A DNA stretch of 62,982 bases, filler included, from Reticulomyxa filosa (Eukaryota; Protista; Foraminifera), in the NCBI GenBank assembly GCA_000512085.1. It is 12 parts of 12 records of this genome, joined end to end, with 100 filler letters (N's around TTAATTAATTAA, not from the genome) between each part and the next. Parts side by side here need not be neighbours in the genome. Positions count along the whole stretch, not along the records: positions 1 to 5,866 come from ASPP01013275.1; positions 5,967 to 11,566 come from ASPP01002677.1; 10 more parts are not named here. The stretch is one strand, 5' to 3'. A program made the position numbers and the translations under genes. Of the stretch, positions 1-11,666 are shown piece by piece. The notes beneath the pieces are model-generated. The model did not search any database and was not told where the DNA came from. It worked only from the letters and a program-made list of their open reading frames with translations. Position 1 is the first letter of the stretch; each line of letters starts with the position of its first letter.

Positions 1-169
1 TTATTATTATTATTATTATTATCATTATTATTGTTGTTTATTATTTTAACAATTATCAAATGTACCCTACCACTACCAAAATTATCATCACCTCCCCTCC
101 TTCCCTACCTTTTCTAGTTTTTGCTCTTTAATCAATCTTTTTTTTTGTCAATTGTAAAAAAAAAAAAAG

Positions 170-1869
170 GCTGAAGAGGAAGATACAGATAGTGACATCG
201 AGTCGAAACATTCGATCAACGAAGAATTGAACCGAATGCAAAACCAACTTCGAGAGTACCAAAACGAACTATGGCAAATAAACGCGCGAATGTCTCAGAT
301 AGGCATCAATATCCAGCAGAGCAATCGCGAAGCAACAAATGAAGAACGCGTCGAGCAATTACAGCTCACAGACCGTCGTCAAAAAATAGAATCGAAAGCG
401 CACGCTGTTTGCAATAGTATCAAATACTCCAAAACAAAAATGTCACAAATCCAATTGCGCAAAAAAACCAAGAAAAGCAAAAGTGTGGTCCAAAGTGGCC
501 ATGCTAATGACCGTCCGAGTTGTAATAAGGAATCCAATCACACGAGCAATAACAAGAGTGGCAATGGTAGTGACATTGACGACGACAATGACAAAAAATA
601 CGGTGACGATAACAACACTGCCAACAAGAAAAGCAAAATCAAGCGGCCGAGCATCAGTAGTAGCACTAGTCGTCATCACCATCATCATCATCATCATCCT
701 CCTCCTCACTCGACCAACAGCAGCAGTAGTAGTAAAAGCAAAGGCAAAGCCAACACATTGAAAGCGCACGGCGACGACAGCAGTCGCGTCCGAGGGAAAA
801 CGAGTTCATCCCATTGAGAAATGTGTTGCATCAAATGGTAAAAAAGCATTTTCCAATCTTTCAAACCGTCGAGCATATCATTTTAGATTTGCAGGTTTGG
901 GTTTTTGTTTCTTATCGTTATCAAATCAATTAACATTGATTTGTTATATCATACACCCCATAAGATATCACTATCATGTACAATCATATACATGTATATA
1001 GAATCAAGAGTCGCCACAGTATTTGATCGACTTGAGCAAAATCCAGAAAGACAATGTCCGTGAACAATTTCAAGATCGCGGCTTATTGGTGGGTTGGTTC
1101 AGTGAGTTTTTGAAAGTACAAAAAGTAACCATTCATTGTAGCGGCTATATGCAATCGATTTTTGGCGACTGCGTGAATGCGATAAAGTATCGCCATTATT
1201 GCGACCCTTTTCGTGGCAGTGCGCTCCAGGACTTATCCCCGTTGGTGTCGGCAGTATCCGTGGACGGACGCACGCTGCAGCAGTTGGTCATTGCCGACAG
1301 CTCCGTCCAAGATGTGCACACCAATTTGCTGCGAAGGCACTGGCTGTCGTTGCGCGAGTTGTACTTTTACGCGCCCACGCCTGTCGACGTCAAGTACATG
1401 CACGAACACGAATTCATTTTGGTGTTGTCGCGCCAGTGCACGCAGTTGCGGAAGCTGCACTTGCCAAACATGGTCATTCCCTTTGAGGTCTTGATGATCT
1501 GGCTGCAGCAGCAGCTGGAGTTTGACATTGACCTGTTCGTTCAAAACAAGAAGCTGTGTCTAGAACAAGATGAGCAAAAGAAGCCAAAGAAATCTTGTTC
1601 CAGCGCTACCAACGTCACTGTCTCATCACGACCGATTCATGAGAAGCAGGCCAAGGATATGTTCGTTCCACCGTCGTCGTCATCCTCGTCCTCGTCCTCG
1701 TCCTCGTTGCCATTGCCATCATCATCATCTCAGCAACAACAACAACCTTTGCAACAAGTGGTAATAATGGACCCTTCCGGGCATCATTCATTAAAAAAAA
1801 GCTCCGTGTACCACGGTAATAATGTCGACGTAACTGTTCCTACTACTACTAGTGGTAATAATAATAATG

Positions 1870-1910
<41 letters not shown>

Positions 1911-2363
1911 AATAATAACAAGAATACTACCACTTCTGCCGTGAATAAACGCAAAGATGCCAATAGACATAGTAGTAACGCGAACAGTGACAAAAAAGAA
2001 GAAATGGAAAAAACCCCCGAGGCCAGCCAAAGCAGCGAAAGTTGCTTGTGGAATGAACGCAAATATGCCACTCTTGAGTCCTGTCAACAGATCATGAAAT
2101 ATGGCATGCGTTCCGTCAGAAGAACGGGTGCCAAACAAATTGACCCCAGCTTCTATCTATCCAATTGGGATAAACTCGCTCACGAAATTGTTGTGCAAGA
2201 AGTCTACGGCAAAACTCCCGCCGAATTGCAACTCGACTTGCAGACCTTTACCAAATGCCAATGGCAAGTCCAAAAGGTCAAATATTTGCCCACGCTCTGT
2301 TCTCTTCCCTTTGAACACGATAAAGAGCATTCATGTTGGGTCATTCGACGGATTATTAGATGA
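170..2363 (+). CDS. Unknown protein, 5'-truncated: coiled coil, low-complexity His/Ser/Asn tracts and a possible LRR-like region; apparent frameshift near 730-790 and intron ~895-1001
   Basis: A-run acceptor AG at 168-169 is in frame with ORF 227-817. A shifted frame from ~790 (PRENEFIPLRNVLHQ...LDLQ) ends at a GT donor at 895, and the exon from 1002 joins ORF 1023-2363, which has LRR-like segments (LQQLVIADS, LRELYF, CTQLRKLHLPN). Confidence 0.5.
1856..1920 (+). repeat. (AAT)n/(GAT) microsatellite encoding poly-Asn
   Basis: Visible directly; translates as NNNNDNNNN in ORF 1023-2363. Confidence 0.9.
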
Positions 2364-2965
2364 TATTTCTTTTTTGATACAGCTTAAATAAATCGATAAC
2401 AATATAGAAATGCAGCATATTAAAAAAAAAAAAAAATCAAACAAAATAAATTTTTTTTCCACACCCCTCACCCTCACCTTTCTTTGTTCATTTGTTCCTT
2501 TTGTTGTTGTTTTTTTTGTTGTTTTTTTTTTTTATTATTGTTTTTCAAACGGGTTCCAGGGATTAATTGCGGTTTTCATCAATGCCAAAGCATCAACCTG
2601 GCACTCGGAAAAAAAATAGAGGAAAAAAATAAACAATAAAACAACACCAAGGCCATGTGCATTTTTATCTTGGAAAAGTGTCCTTGCATGCAATAATTTT
2701 TTTTTTTGGTGTAATTTTCAGCGTCTTCGGCACGTTCATGGTTTTTTCGTTTTTTCCTTTTGCCAATTTTGCTTTTCGGATGGCAAATACACATTATTTG
2801 GTCTCACAATAGAAAAAATTTAGAATGAATATTAATTTCTTTGTAATTGATGAAATACTTAAACCAAGCTCACCTTACTGTCAGGTCAATGTAATTTGGT
2901 ACAAAAATTGTAACCGATTTGGGGCTCTCAAAAAGAGGGGGAATTTTTATGACAAAAAAACAGCG

Positions 2966-4883
2966 ATGAACTATCATAAAATATTATTTAGCTTTCTTGC
3001 CATCTTCTTTTTATCAGTGCTGTCAAAAGATGAAAATGAAGCCGATGGCACTATTTTAAAACAACCACGGCTTTACAAAGTTGCAGTGGTAGGAGGTGGC
3101 ATAGGAGGGGCTGCGTTTATTCACTTTTTTAATCAGCTACCAAAAGAGCATCAAGTTCAAATTGATGTGTATGAGGCCAATTACAAAGTTCGTCTGGAAA
3201 AAATAAATTATGTTGTTTGTTTGTTTAATGTTTCGAAAGCAAACAACACACGTAATGAAAATATGTTAAATAAAGTTGGGAGGACGAGTTAATCATTTTT
3301 TTCATGAAGATCACAAGATAGAAATCGGGGCCTCCATATTTATTGGAGAAAATTATTGGGTGCATGAATTGTCAAAAAGCTATGGTTTGACTGCAAATCG
3401 CACCCAAAGTGACCCAAAGAACAAGAAAGGTGACTTTGGAATCTGGGACACAAAGAATGAAGAGTGGATGTTTTTACCCAAGAAAAATATACTTTCTTCG
3501 TTGCTGACAGAAGAGAGCCAAATCAATCAATTGACAGATGGCTTGTACACCTTTTGGCATTTCAGTCCGAAGAAATTTTTGGATTTTGCTGCGTTGGCAA
3601 AAAATTTTATTTCGCGTTTTCGTAAGTATTACACCGAATGGACCAACCAATCATTCCCGAATGCAATTGACTTTTGGAAATTTAGCGATATGTTTGATGC
3701 CACACAACAAAACTGCTCGACATACTTGATGGAACACTTGAGTTTCATTTGGAAGAAGAGAGAGAAGAGGAGAAGGAGAAGGAGAAAAGTATTTCGTTGT
3801 TATTTATTATTCTTTTTTTTTTTTTTTAACCCAATTTTGCAACCATTTTTTTTTTTTTTTTAAAAAAAACTGTTTTCCAAAGATATCGACTCTCTTTCTC
3901 ACCCAATCTTGAACGAGTTTGTGTTGAGCTTAAACCGTGGAAATTACAACCAAAAACTTGACACAAACGCACTGGTGTGTTTAACAAGTATGGCATCGGT
4001 GGTTGGTGGCAGCAATGAAATTTACAGTATAGTAGAAGGGAATCAAGCATTGGTGGATCGAATGATCCGCAACTATATTCCTCGAGAACGAATTTTCCTG
4101 AAACATGACATATTTAGCATTAAGAAACTTAAAAAAAAAACGGATGATGATTACGGCTATCAGTTATATTTGGAAGACAAACGTAAAACGAGAGAGGATG
4201 TGCAACGAATCATTGCTTTAAAACTAGACCCGGAAAAAAAGGAAAATCGAAAATGGAGAGAACGTTTTTATGACTTTGTGGTCATTGCCACTCCTTTGTA
4301 TCAATCAAAAATTAAATTTTTGGGTGATTTTGATCAACACACGCATGAGCAGATGGCCTTGGCCAAAGATGGTCTCCCTTACAAAAAGGTTCATACTACA
4401 TTTATTCAAGGAAGATTAAATACCAAATATTTTTTCAAGTCTGAAAGTGATGAGACAAAACGAACACAAATGAGGGATTCACTGAAAACCATTGGAGTCG
4501 GAAATATATTTAACAACAAAACTTTGTTCAATTTGATTGGAAAGTGGTCTGATCACTCTGGATTGCAACACCCACTTTATAAAATTTTCAGTGACGAAGC
4601 CCTGAGTGACGAAGATCTGAACACTATTTTTATTCAAGATACACACAAATTCATCAAGAAACACGTGTGGAAAGGGGCTTATCCAAAGTACGGGATTAAA
4701 GCAGTTTTTCCTGATATTGTCTTAGATGATGGAGGGATTTATTATAATAATGCTATTGAAGCTGGTACTAGTGCTATGGAAGTTATGATACTGGCAGGAA
4801 AAAATACTGCATTGTTGTTCCACCAGCATCTTACAAAAATTCACTCAAATAGCCAACACTCACAAACTAAAGATGAATTGTGA
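2966..4883 (+). CDS. PCYOX1: Prenylcysteine oxidase/lyase (FAD-dependent), ER-retained; 3 exons
   Basis: Signal peptide, Rossmann motif VAVVGGGIGGA, YE...VGGRV across intron 3188-3275, IEIGASIF, RGNYNQ, YSIVEGNQALV, YDFVVIATPL, YYNNAIEAGTSAMEV, C-terminal KDEL. Confidence 0.88.
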
Positions 4884-5344
4884 AAATCAACATCGAACAC
4901 ATGACAACAAGCAAATAATTTCAATGATTTACCTTACTACTGTTGATTATTCTTATTCTTGCTAAAAAAATGCACAATAGAATCAAAATTTACTTTTCAA
5001 TTGTCCACAAAAAAATCTTTTTGAACAAGTCCAGGTTAAATTATTCCATTGCCACAAACATTACAAAAACGAAATGGTCCTTTTATTTTAATGTTCAAAT
5101 GTGAAATAATTAAAACAATCATTCACAATCGTTTTTGTCTATGCGATCTGCAATTCCTTAAATATGTTCCTACAAATCATACCTTTTTTTTAAGCTTTTG
5201 CATTGTGAGCGTGAAGGTGTTAAACTACCCCAAAATGAAAACAAAAGCAAGTTTAAAGTACATGGACCAAAATAGGTCATGGCATCATTCACAAGAACAA
5301 TACAAAAGGTTACAACTGTCACAAAAACAAAAGAAAGCATAGAT

Positions 5345-5750
5345 AGTAGTTACATAATTTGGAAAAAATTGTTTCAATGTTTCAACCAGAAACTTTAATT
5401 TTCCTTCCAGTTGCGACAACGAACTTTGAAAGTTCGTTCAAAAATTTGATCATTGTATAAGTTTTACACGTGATTTCGCAAATCGCCATGGTCGATTTCT
5501 TGAAGTGGAAATCGGCGTCAATGCTTTGATTGATACTCGCCATGTTTATCTCAGTCCTTCGTAATGTGGACATTCAACCAGGAAACGCTAAACAGTTTCT
5601 TCGTCTCCTTCACAACAGTCGCAACCAGGAGAAAAGTTCTTTTGATCTTAAGCAATTAGTCATTCAGTCATATCTTAAATGTGATAATCATGCAGACGAT
5701 TATGCGTTCGTGCAAATTTAAATTTTGCAGAAAAATCTTTTCGAATGACT
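5345..5750 (-). mobile_element. Degenerate non-LTR (LINE-like) retrotransposon remnant: C-terminal zinc-knuckle region of the RT ORF
   Basis: Minus strand reads NLNLHERIIVCMIITFKI*LND*LLKIKR/SPGCDCCEGDEETV*RFLVECPHYEGLR*TW, matching the C-x2-C...ETxxHxLxxCPxY CCHC motif, with stops and a frameshift. Confidence 0.7.
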
Positions 5751-5866
5751 GACAACAAATAATATTACTGATATATTTCTTCGTATGTTGATTGTGTTAT
5801 GTTAATTTCACTCATTTGCCAAATGTACAGTAAGATAAAAAAGAAAGTTGACACATAAAATGCCAC

Positions 5867-5966
5867 NNNNNNNNNNNNNNNNNNNNNNNNNNNNNNNNNN
5901 NNNNNNNNNNTTAATTAATTAANNNNNNNNNNNNNNNNNNNNNNNNNNNNNNNNNNNNNNNNNNNN
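5867..5966. other. Artificial contig spacer (N44-TTAATTAATTAA-N44)
   Basis: Identical 100-nt unit with stops in all six frames, found 11 times in the window. Confidence 0.98.
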
Positions 5967-5997
<31 letters not shown>

Positions 5998-6014
5998 GGA
6001 TTACAAAGACTTAG

Positions 6015-7351
6015 GTATAATGATTTATACGTCGTTGATCCAAGTCCCCTTTTTGCTCATGACGTGCTGCTTTAAGAGGTACCAGAAAAAGGAACACATT
6101 GAAGAAGGCCAAGTAAGGGATCACAGCGTTGCTTATCATCATCACCGACGCACGACCACTGGCCATGGCGCGTCCATCCCTGCCAACCTTGGCCCTACGA
6201 TCGAACTTACCTCGCGCGACTCGGCGCTCCCCAACCAAGTCCGAGCCCTCCAGATCACTCCCATCCACATCCAAGAGGGCATCGCAGTGCAGAATGGAGA
6301 TGCCACCCCTAACACTCCTTCTTCCCCTTCCCTCGACAACGGAGGAAACTTGAACACTACAACAAGCAAAGAACAACAAAAAGGTGAAGGAGCGGAGCAA
6401 GAACATATACACAATGATGAGGATATCAATGACGGCGAAAGGAAAACAGAAACTACACAACACAATGGCGAATGGCTGATCATTTCTACTCTGCGAAATA
6501 TTACTGGAGAAACAATATCACCTCATTTGCGACAAATTAAAAAAACCACATACAAATATCACACCTTATCGAGATATGAACTTGTGAAGCAATTGGAAAA
6601 TCAAAGTTATTTCACATGCACCATATATAAATTCATAAACATATATATGTACATATTATATGTATACGTATGATATGCTAATGTGGACTGGATGATGCTT
6701 GCTCGAATAAACAACAGACTTGTCATTGTTTGAAAAATATCTCGTTTCGTCTGCATTACGACGGAGGATTTACGAACGTCGCTATCGATTTTATAGCTGG
6801 TGTCGCTATGTGGCATGGATGATTGTGATAATCGGGTGTTCGGTGGGCGTGTTTTTGACCATGTTTTATGTGGTTCGCTTCAATGTGGAAATTGAGGGGA
6901 AAATAAATATAGTTCATCAGTGTCGTCCCAATGTACTGACGGCGTGGACGTTCCTAATCGGTCCAGAATTAACTTTGCTGTCACGCAAAATGCTATGACT
7001 ACTTTTATGAAAGGTATTGACACGGGGAATATTCCTAATGCGAATGCCTTAGTTCCGGGTTGGGAATTAACTGTGGTCGATCGTTGGCTGTTAAATTGCT
7101 TTTTTTCATATTTATTGGGATTGGTGGTCTGGCAACCTTTTTTTCGCTTTTTGTGGGAGTTATATAAATATTGTCGATTTTCTCCAAATGCCATTGGCGA
7201 AACGTATTACTTTTCTCATGATTTCTGTCTTATCACAGAAGAGGAAATGTCACTCATTCAAAATCCCACCTCTTTTTATCAAGTGCTTCCTACTGAAAAA
7301 CCTGAAGAAAATCCTACTTTTGTTTACTTTCAAGATGAAAGATGTCCTTAA
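6015..7351 (+). CDS. 3' part of a multi-pass membrane protein, possibly polycystin/PKDREJ-like; intron ~6606-6717 and apparent frameshift ~6920-6960
   Basis: ORFs 6020-6673, 6720-6998 and 6920-7351 give TM helices (WCRYVAWMIVIIGCSVGVFLTMFYVVRF; RWLLNCFFSYLLGLVVWQPF), a pattern like PKD1-family TM segments. The 5' end is cut by the contig edge. Confidence 0.45.
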
Positions 7352-7842
7352 ATTACAATTACAATTATTATTTTTTTTCTTTTTTTTTTTTCGTTATTAT
7401 AACATATAATTATAGGTGCATTGCTTTTGTTGTTTGTTTATTTTTCTTTTTTTTGTACAAACCCATGCTTTATTACATTGACCGAATGTACTGACACAAA
7501 AACATACATATGTCGTGTAAATTTGAGGGTGTTGTTTGGCTATCATTGAAACGAGATGGAAAGGAGGAAAGAGAGGGTAGTATGTGTGTGTCATTGTAAA
7601 ATAGAAAAAATACGATGCTTGTATTGCAAAAAAAAACAAAGAAACGGTGATACTACTTTTTTTGTTTTGTTTTGTTTTTGCAATTAGTTTGAATACTAAC
7701 AAAAAAAAAATACCAATTGTTTCAAGGACTTGGATGAAGTACAACCACTTTCATCAATTTTTTTTCAATATATTTTTTGCTTTTTAAATAAAAAAAAAGA
7801 ATTAAACTTGTACTCCTTTACTTCCCTCAAGCAAAAAAAAAG

Positions 7843-10800
7843 TTATGATTTTTTTCTGGCAACAAAAACTATATCATATGAGGTTGTGTCTTGTGCCTCC
7901 ACACAATACCATTCACCATTTTTACTTTTTCGGGTCTCTCGACGAACATCATCCAATATTTGTTTAAATGGACATCCACTTTTGTATTTAGATATCACAA
8001 CACTTTTCATGCACTTACTCAACAATGAAAAATCTGCAACTTGATATCCTGATATAGTTGACCAAATGGTCAAAAATCCGTCACCACTATGTCCCAACGA
8101 CTGTACGTTTCCCTTTTTTTGTGTCTTTCCTCTCGTCCTTGTTGTTGCTTGAGCCGTTGGAATGTTTTTACCACGACAGACATCAATGATAAATATCTTT
8201 GGAAGATCATTGAAAGATTCCAGTATATCACAGCCAAATGATTCACGTATTCCGTCAATTGATAAAGATTTTCCATCACTCGTCACTAACATATTTCCAT
8301 TCTCTCCGTGTCCACAAATAATCATTATCAATCCATCATATTTGTGAGTGTTATCATGAAGTTTATACTTTGCAGTGAATTTGGTCAAAAATGATCGCAC
8401 ATCTTTTTCTGTCATTTGTGGAGATTCATTGGTTACAAATGTATAATTCAATTCTTGTTCAAATAATTGTTTGAAATTCTTGACATCCTCGTCTTTCACA
8501 TTTGAAAGATCATCATATTTTTTCTTATCAGTATATTTACTAATTGCAATCATCACAACTAATGCGTTCTTTATTATCTTGTATTTTTCACTTATTATTG
8601 ATTTCCAAAGTATTTTAAATGAAGGTTTTTCCATCATAAATGATTGTTGAACTGCTTCATCTGAATTGATAATATTGTCACTCATATCAACTAACTCAAA
8701 TTTCAAATTCTCTTGTTGCATTTTTTCAAGACATTGCAAATTTAAACAAGAATAAATCTGTTGAATTAACTCTTCAAATGTTAAGTCTTTCAATTTTATC
8801 AATTCCTTCGTTTCATCCACAATGATATATGCTTGTTGCTGTTATTTTTATTTTATTTTTTTGAAAAGTACAAAAATTAAACAAATTAAAAACAAAATAA
8901 AACAAAATAGATAACCAAACTTCATTGACCTTTTCCAATATCAATCTCACACGCACTGTCTTTTGATGTTGTTCACCAAACCTTGTATTAAAAACCCCGA
9001 ATGCATTTTCATAACATTTCTTTGCTTTAGTTTTATTTCCTCTTGCAAGATAAATATCTCCTAAAAGAATATAAGATTCACCAACGTGTGGATGATCATG
9101 ATCTAATTTATTTAATCTCAATTTCAATGCTTTTTCTCCATATTCAATTGATTTATTCAAATCATTCTTATTTTTAAATACGCTTGCCAAATAATGGAAA
9201 GACCAGCCAATATAAGGATCATTATCATTCAGATTTTTAGCTCTAATTTCCAATGATTTTTCAAAATATTGAATTGCTTCTTCATATTTTTCACTCTTTT
9301 CCAATATCAATCCCAGAACATCATAAGATTTTGCAAGCTCTAAATCAAAGCTATTGTTCTTATCATCGTTCAAAATTTCCAAAGCTTTGTCGACATACTC
9401 TTTAGCTTTGTTTATTTGCATTTTTCCTTTTATCCACACCAATCCCAATTCATTCAATGATATTGCAACAAATGCATGTCTTTCATCAAATTTCTTTAAT
9501 AGAATATCCAATGCCTGTTCGTGATATGCTATCGATATTTCATATTCCCCTGCTTCAAAATATGAATTTCCTAAATTATTGAACGATGCCGCAATATTTG
9601 TGTGATCTTTACCTAATTGTCCTAATGAAATTTTCGAGTGTTTTTTGTGACATTCAATTGATTTGGTATATTCTCCTTTTCTATAATGAACGTTTCCCAA
9701 GTGACAGTGACAAATGGCAACCTTTATTTGATTTTCATCCGATTTTTTCGAATAAATGTCCAATGCTTTTTTGTGATGTTTATATGCTTTGTCATATTCT
9801 GCTTTCATATAATAGACTCTTCCCAAATTATTGTAAGAATCAGCAACATCACTGTGACTACTGTCTAATTTTTTTGACCAAATGACTAGCGTTTTTTGAT
9901 AAAATTCAAGTGCTTTGTCGTATTCTCGTTTATTGTCGTGGGCAATTCCCAACATATTGTATGACTCACCAATGTCAATGTGATCTGGCTCCAATTTATC
10001 TAATCTTATTGTCAATGCTTTTTTGTGATATTCAATTGATTTATCAAATTCTCCTTTCTCATTATATACTTTTCCTAGCCAGTAAAAAGCGTGCGCAATG
10101 TCAATGTCTGGATCACTTCGTGTTTGCAATCTAACACAAAGTGCAAAACGAATCAATGAAATTGCCTCATCGAAATTTGATTTCTCGTATAAGTCTATTC
10201 CTGATTTCATAAACTTGTTTGAATCAATGGGTAATAAGACAGTGAAAACATGTTGTTGAAAAGTATAATGAATAACAGATTGTCTGGTATGAATAAGGTG
10301 TTGGGTAATGTGAAAATGACCAATTCCATTAATAACACAATCAATAACATAAACACATCCATCGATTGTAACATTATCAAATGTGATATTTTCTGAATGG
10401 AATGAATAAACAACATATGGTGAAATTACTTTTTTTTCTTTCATATATTTATGTGAGTTAATCATCATTGTAAAAGGAATGTTTTGAAAAAACCATCGAT
10501 CATTTGGTCTTGCAAGTTGATCAAGACTGGTTGAAACAATCACAATTCCGTTCCGTTTTTTTTCGACCATTTGCTCAACTATTGTGTGAGCCACTTTGTT
10601 CGCTTCATTCCATGGTTTATTTTGGTCCAATTCAATATTTTCGATATCTCGTTTTTCATCATTAGGATATTTCATTTCTTTGTCATTGTTTCCTGATTAT
10701 TTATATTTTCAATTCAATTTTTTTAAAAAAAAAAGAAAATATCTCCTTTTTTAAAATAAAAACAAAACTGTCAATGAAATGGACAAAAAAGCAAACAGGA

Positions 10801-11012
10801 TCGGTATCGAATGCACTTCGAAGTTTTTGATCGTTGTCAATACTTTGATCATTTATGTCCACGATTTTAAAATTGAATGGATTTTCTGCTTTTAAATCGG
10901 TTCTGTTGTTGATTAGCTCTTTCACCTTATCTCCCAGACTTTTCAGTGACAAGGAGGCGAATGTCACTTCAGAAATTTTATTTTCGATACAAACAAAAGC
11001 TCGAAAAGACAT
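7843..11012 (-). CDS. Multidomain caspase-family protease: beta-grasp(PB1/CIDE-N-like) - domain X - ~10 TPR - beta-grasp - C14 peptidase; 3 exons (11012-10769, 10692-8921, 8838-7843), ~1003 aa
   Basis: GT-AG introns 10768-10693 (76 nt, phase 1) and 8920-8839 (82 nt, phase 0) join three ORFs in frame. Catalytic IICGHG (His 8308-8310) and PKIFIIDVCRG (Cys 8176-8178) are present, with 42-aa kinesin-light-chain-type TPRs. Confidence 0.85.
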
Positions 11013-11024
11013 ATTAGCCAAATG

Positions 11025-11566
11025 ACTGATGACTGATGCAAAGAAAATCCAAAGGTTCCTCTCGTTTTTTTTTTGTTCCCTTTTCTTGTTGACAGTTTTT
11101 GTGTTGTTGAAGTCTGCAAACTACTCCTTTATACATTACGCCATGGAAAGTGGATTTATACTGTAGTGTTATTAGGATAGTGATAAATTACAGTTGTATC
11201 TTTGTGATGATTTGAAAAGAAAATTCTCTTTTTTTTTGCAAAGATTGAATACAACGAAGTCGAATAAACATATGTCTCTTCATTCTATCAAAATAATAAA
11301 ATATTCCATACACAGATACAGGTTTATTCGACTTCGTTGTATTCAATCTTTGCAAAAAAAAAGAGAATTTTCTTTTCAAATCATCACAAAGATACAACTG
11401 TAATTTATCACTATCCTAATAACACTACAGTATAAATCCACTTTCCATGGCGTAATGTATAAAGGAGTAGTTTGCAGACTTCAACAACACAAAAACTGTC
11501 AACAAGAAAAGGGAACAAAAAAAAAACGAGAGGAACCTTTGGATTTTCTTTGCATCAGTCATCAGT
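11025..11566. repeat. Perfect inverted repeat: 245-bp arms (11025-11269 / 11322-11566), 52-nt spacer, running to the contig end
   Basis: ACTGATGACTGATGCAAAG...CGAATAAAC is mirrored by GTTTATTCG...CTTTGCATCAGTCATCAGT. The ORF track shows near-identical peptides on both strands. Confidence 0.95.
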
Positions 11567-11666
11567 NNNNNNNNNNNNNNNNNNNNNNNNNNNNNNNNNN
11601 NNNNNNNNNNTTAATTAATTAANNNNNNNNNNNNNNNNNNNNNNNNNNNNNNNNNNNNNNNNNNNN
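11567..11666. other. Artificial contig spacer
   Basis: N44-TTAATTAATTAA-N44. Confidence 0.98.

Noticed and set aside
443-2138. Hydrophobic poly-Ile/Leu/Met/Val ORFs (also at 20469-20952 and 50688-50918)
   Set aside because: Alternative-frame or antisense readings of trinucleotide microsatellites inside real genes.
11188-11403. Twin 69-aa ORFs on opposite strands
   Set aside because: By-product of the palindrome; non-ATG starts and no coding signal.
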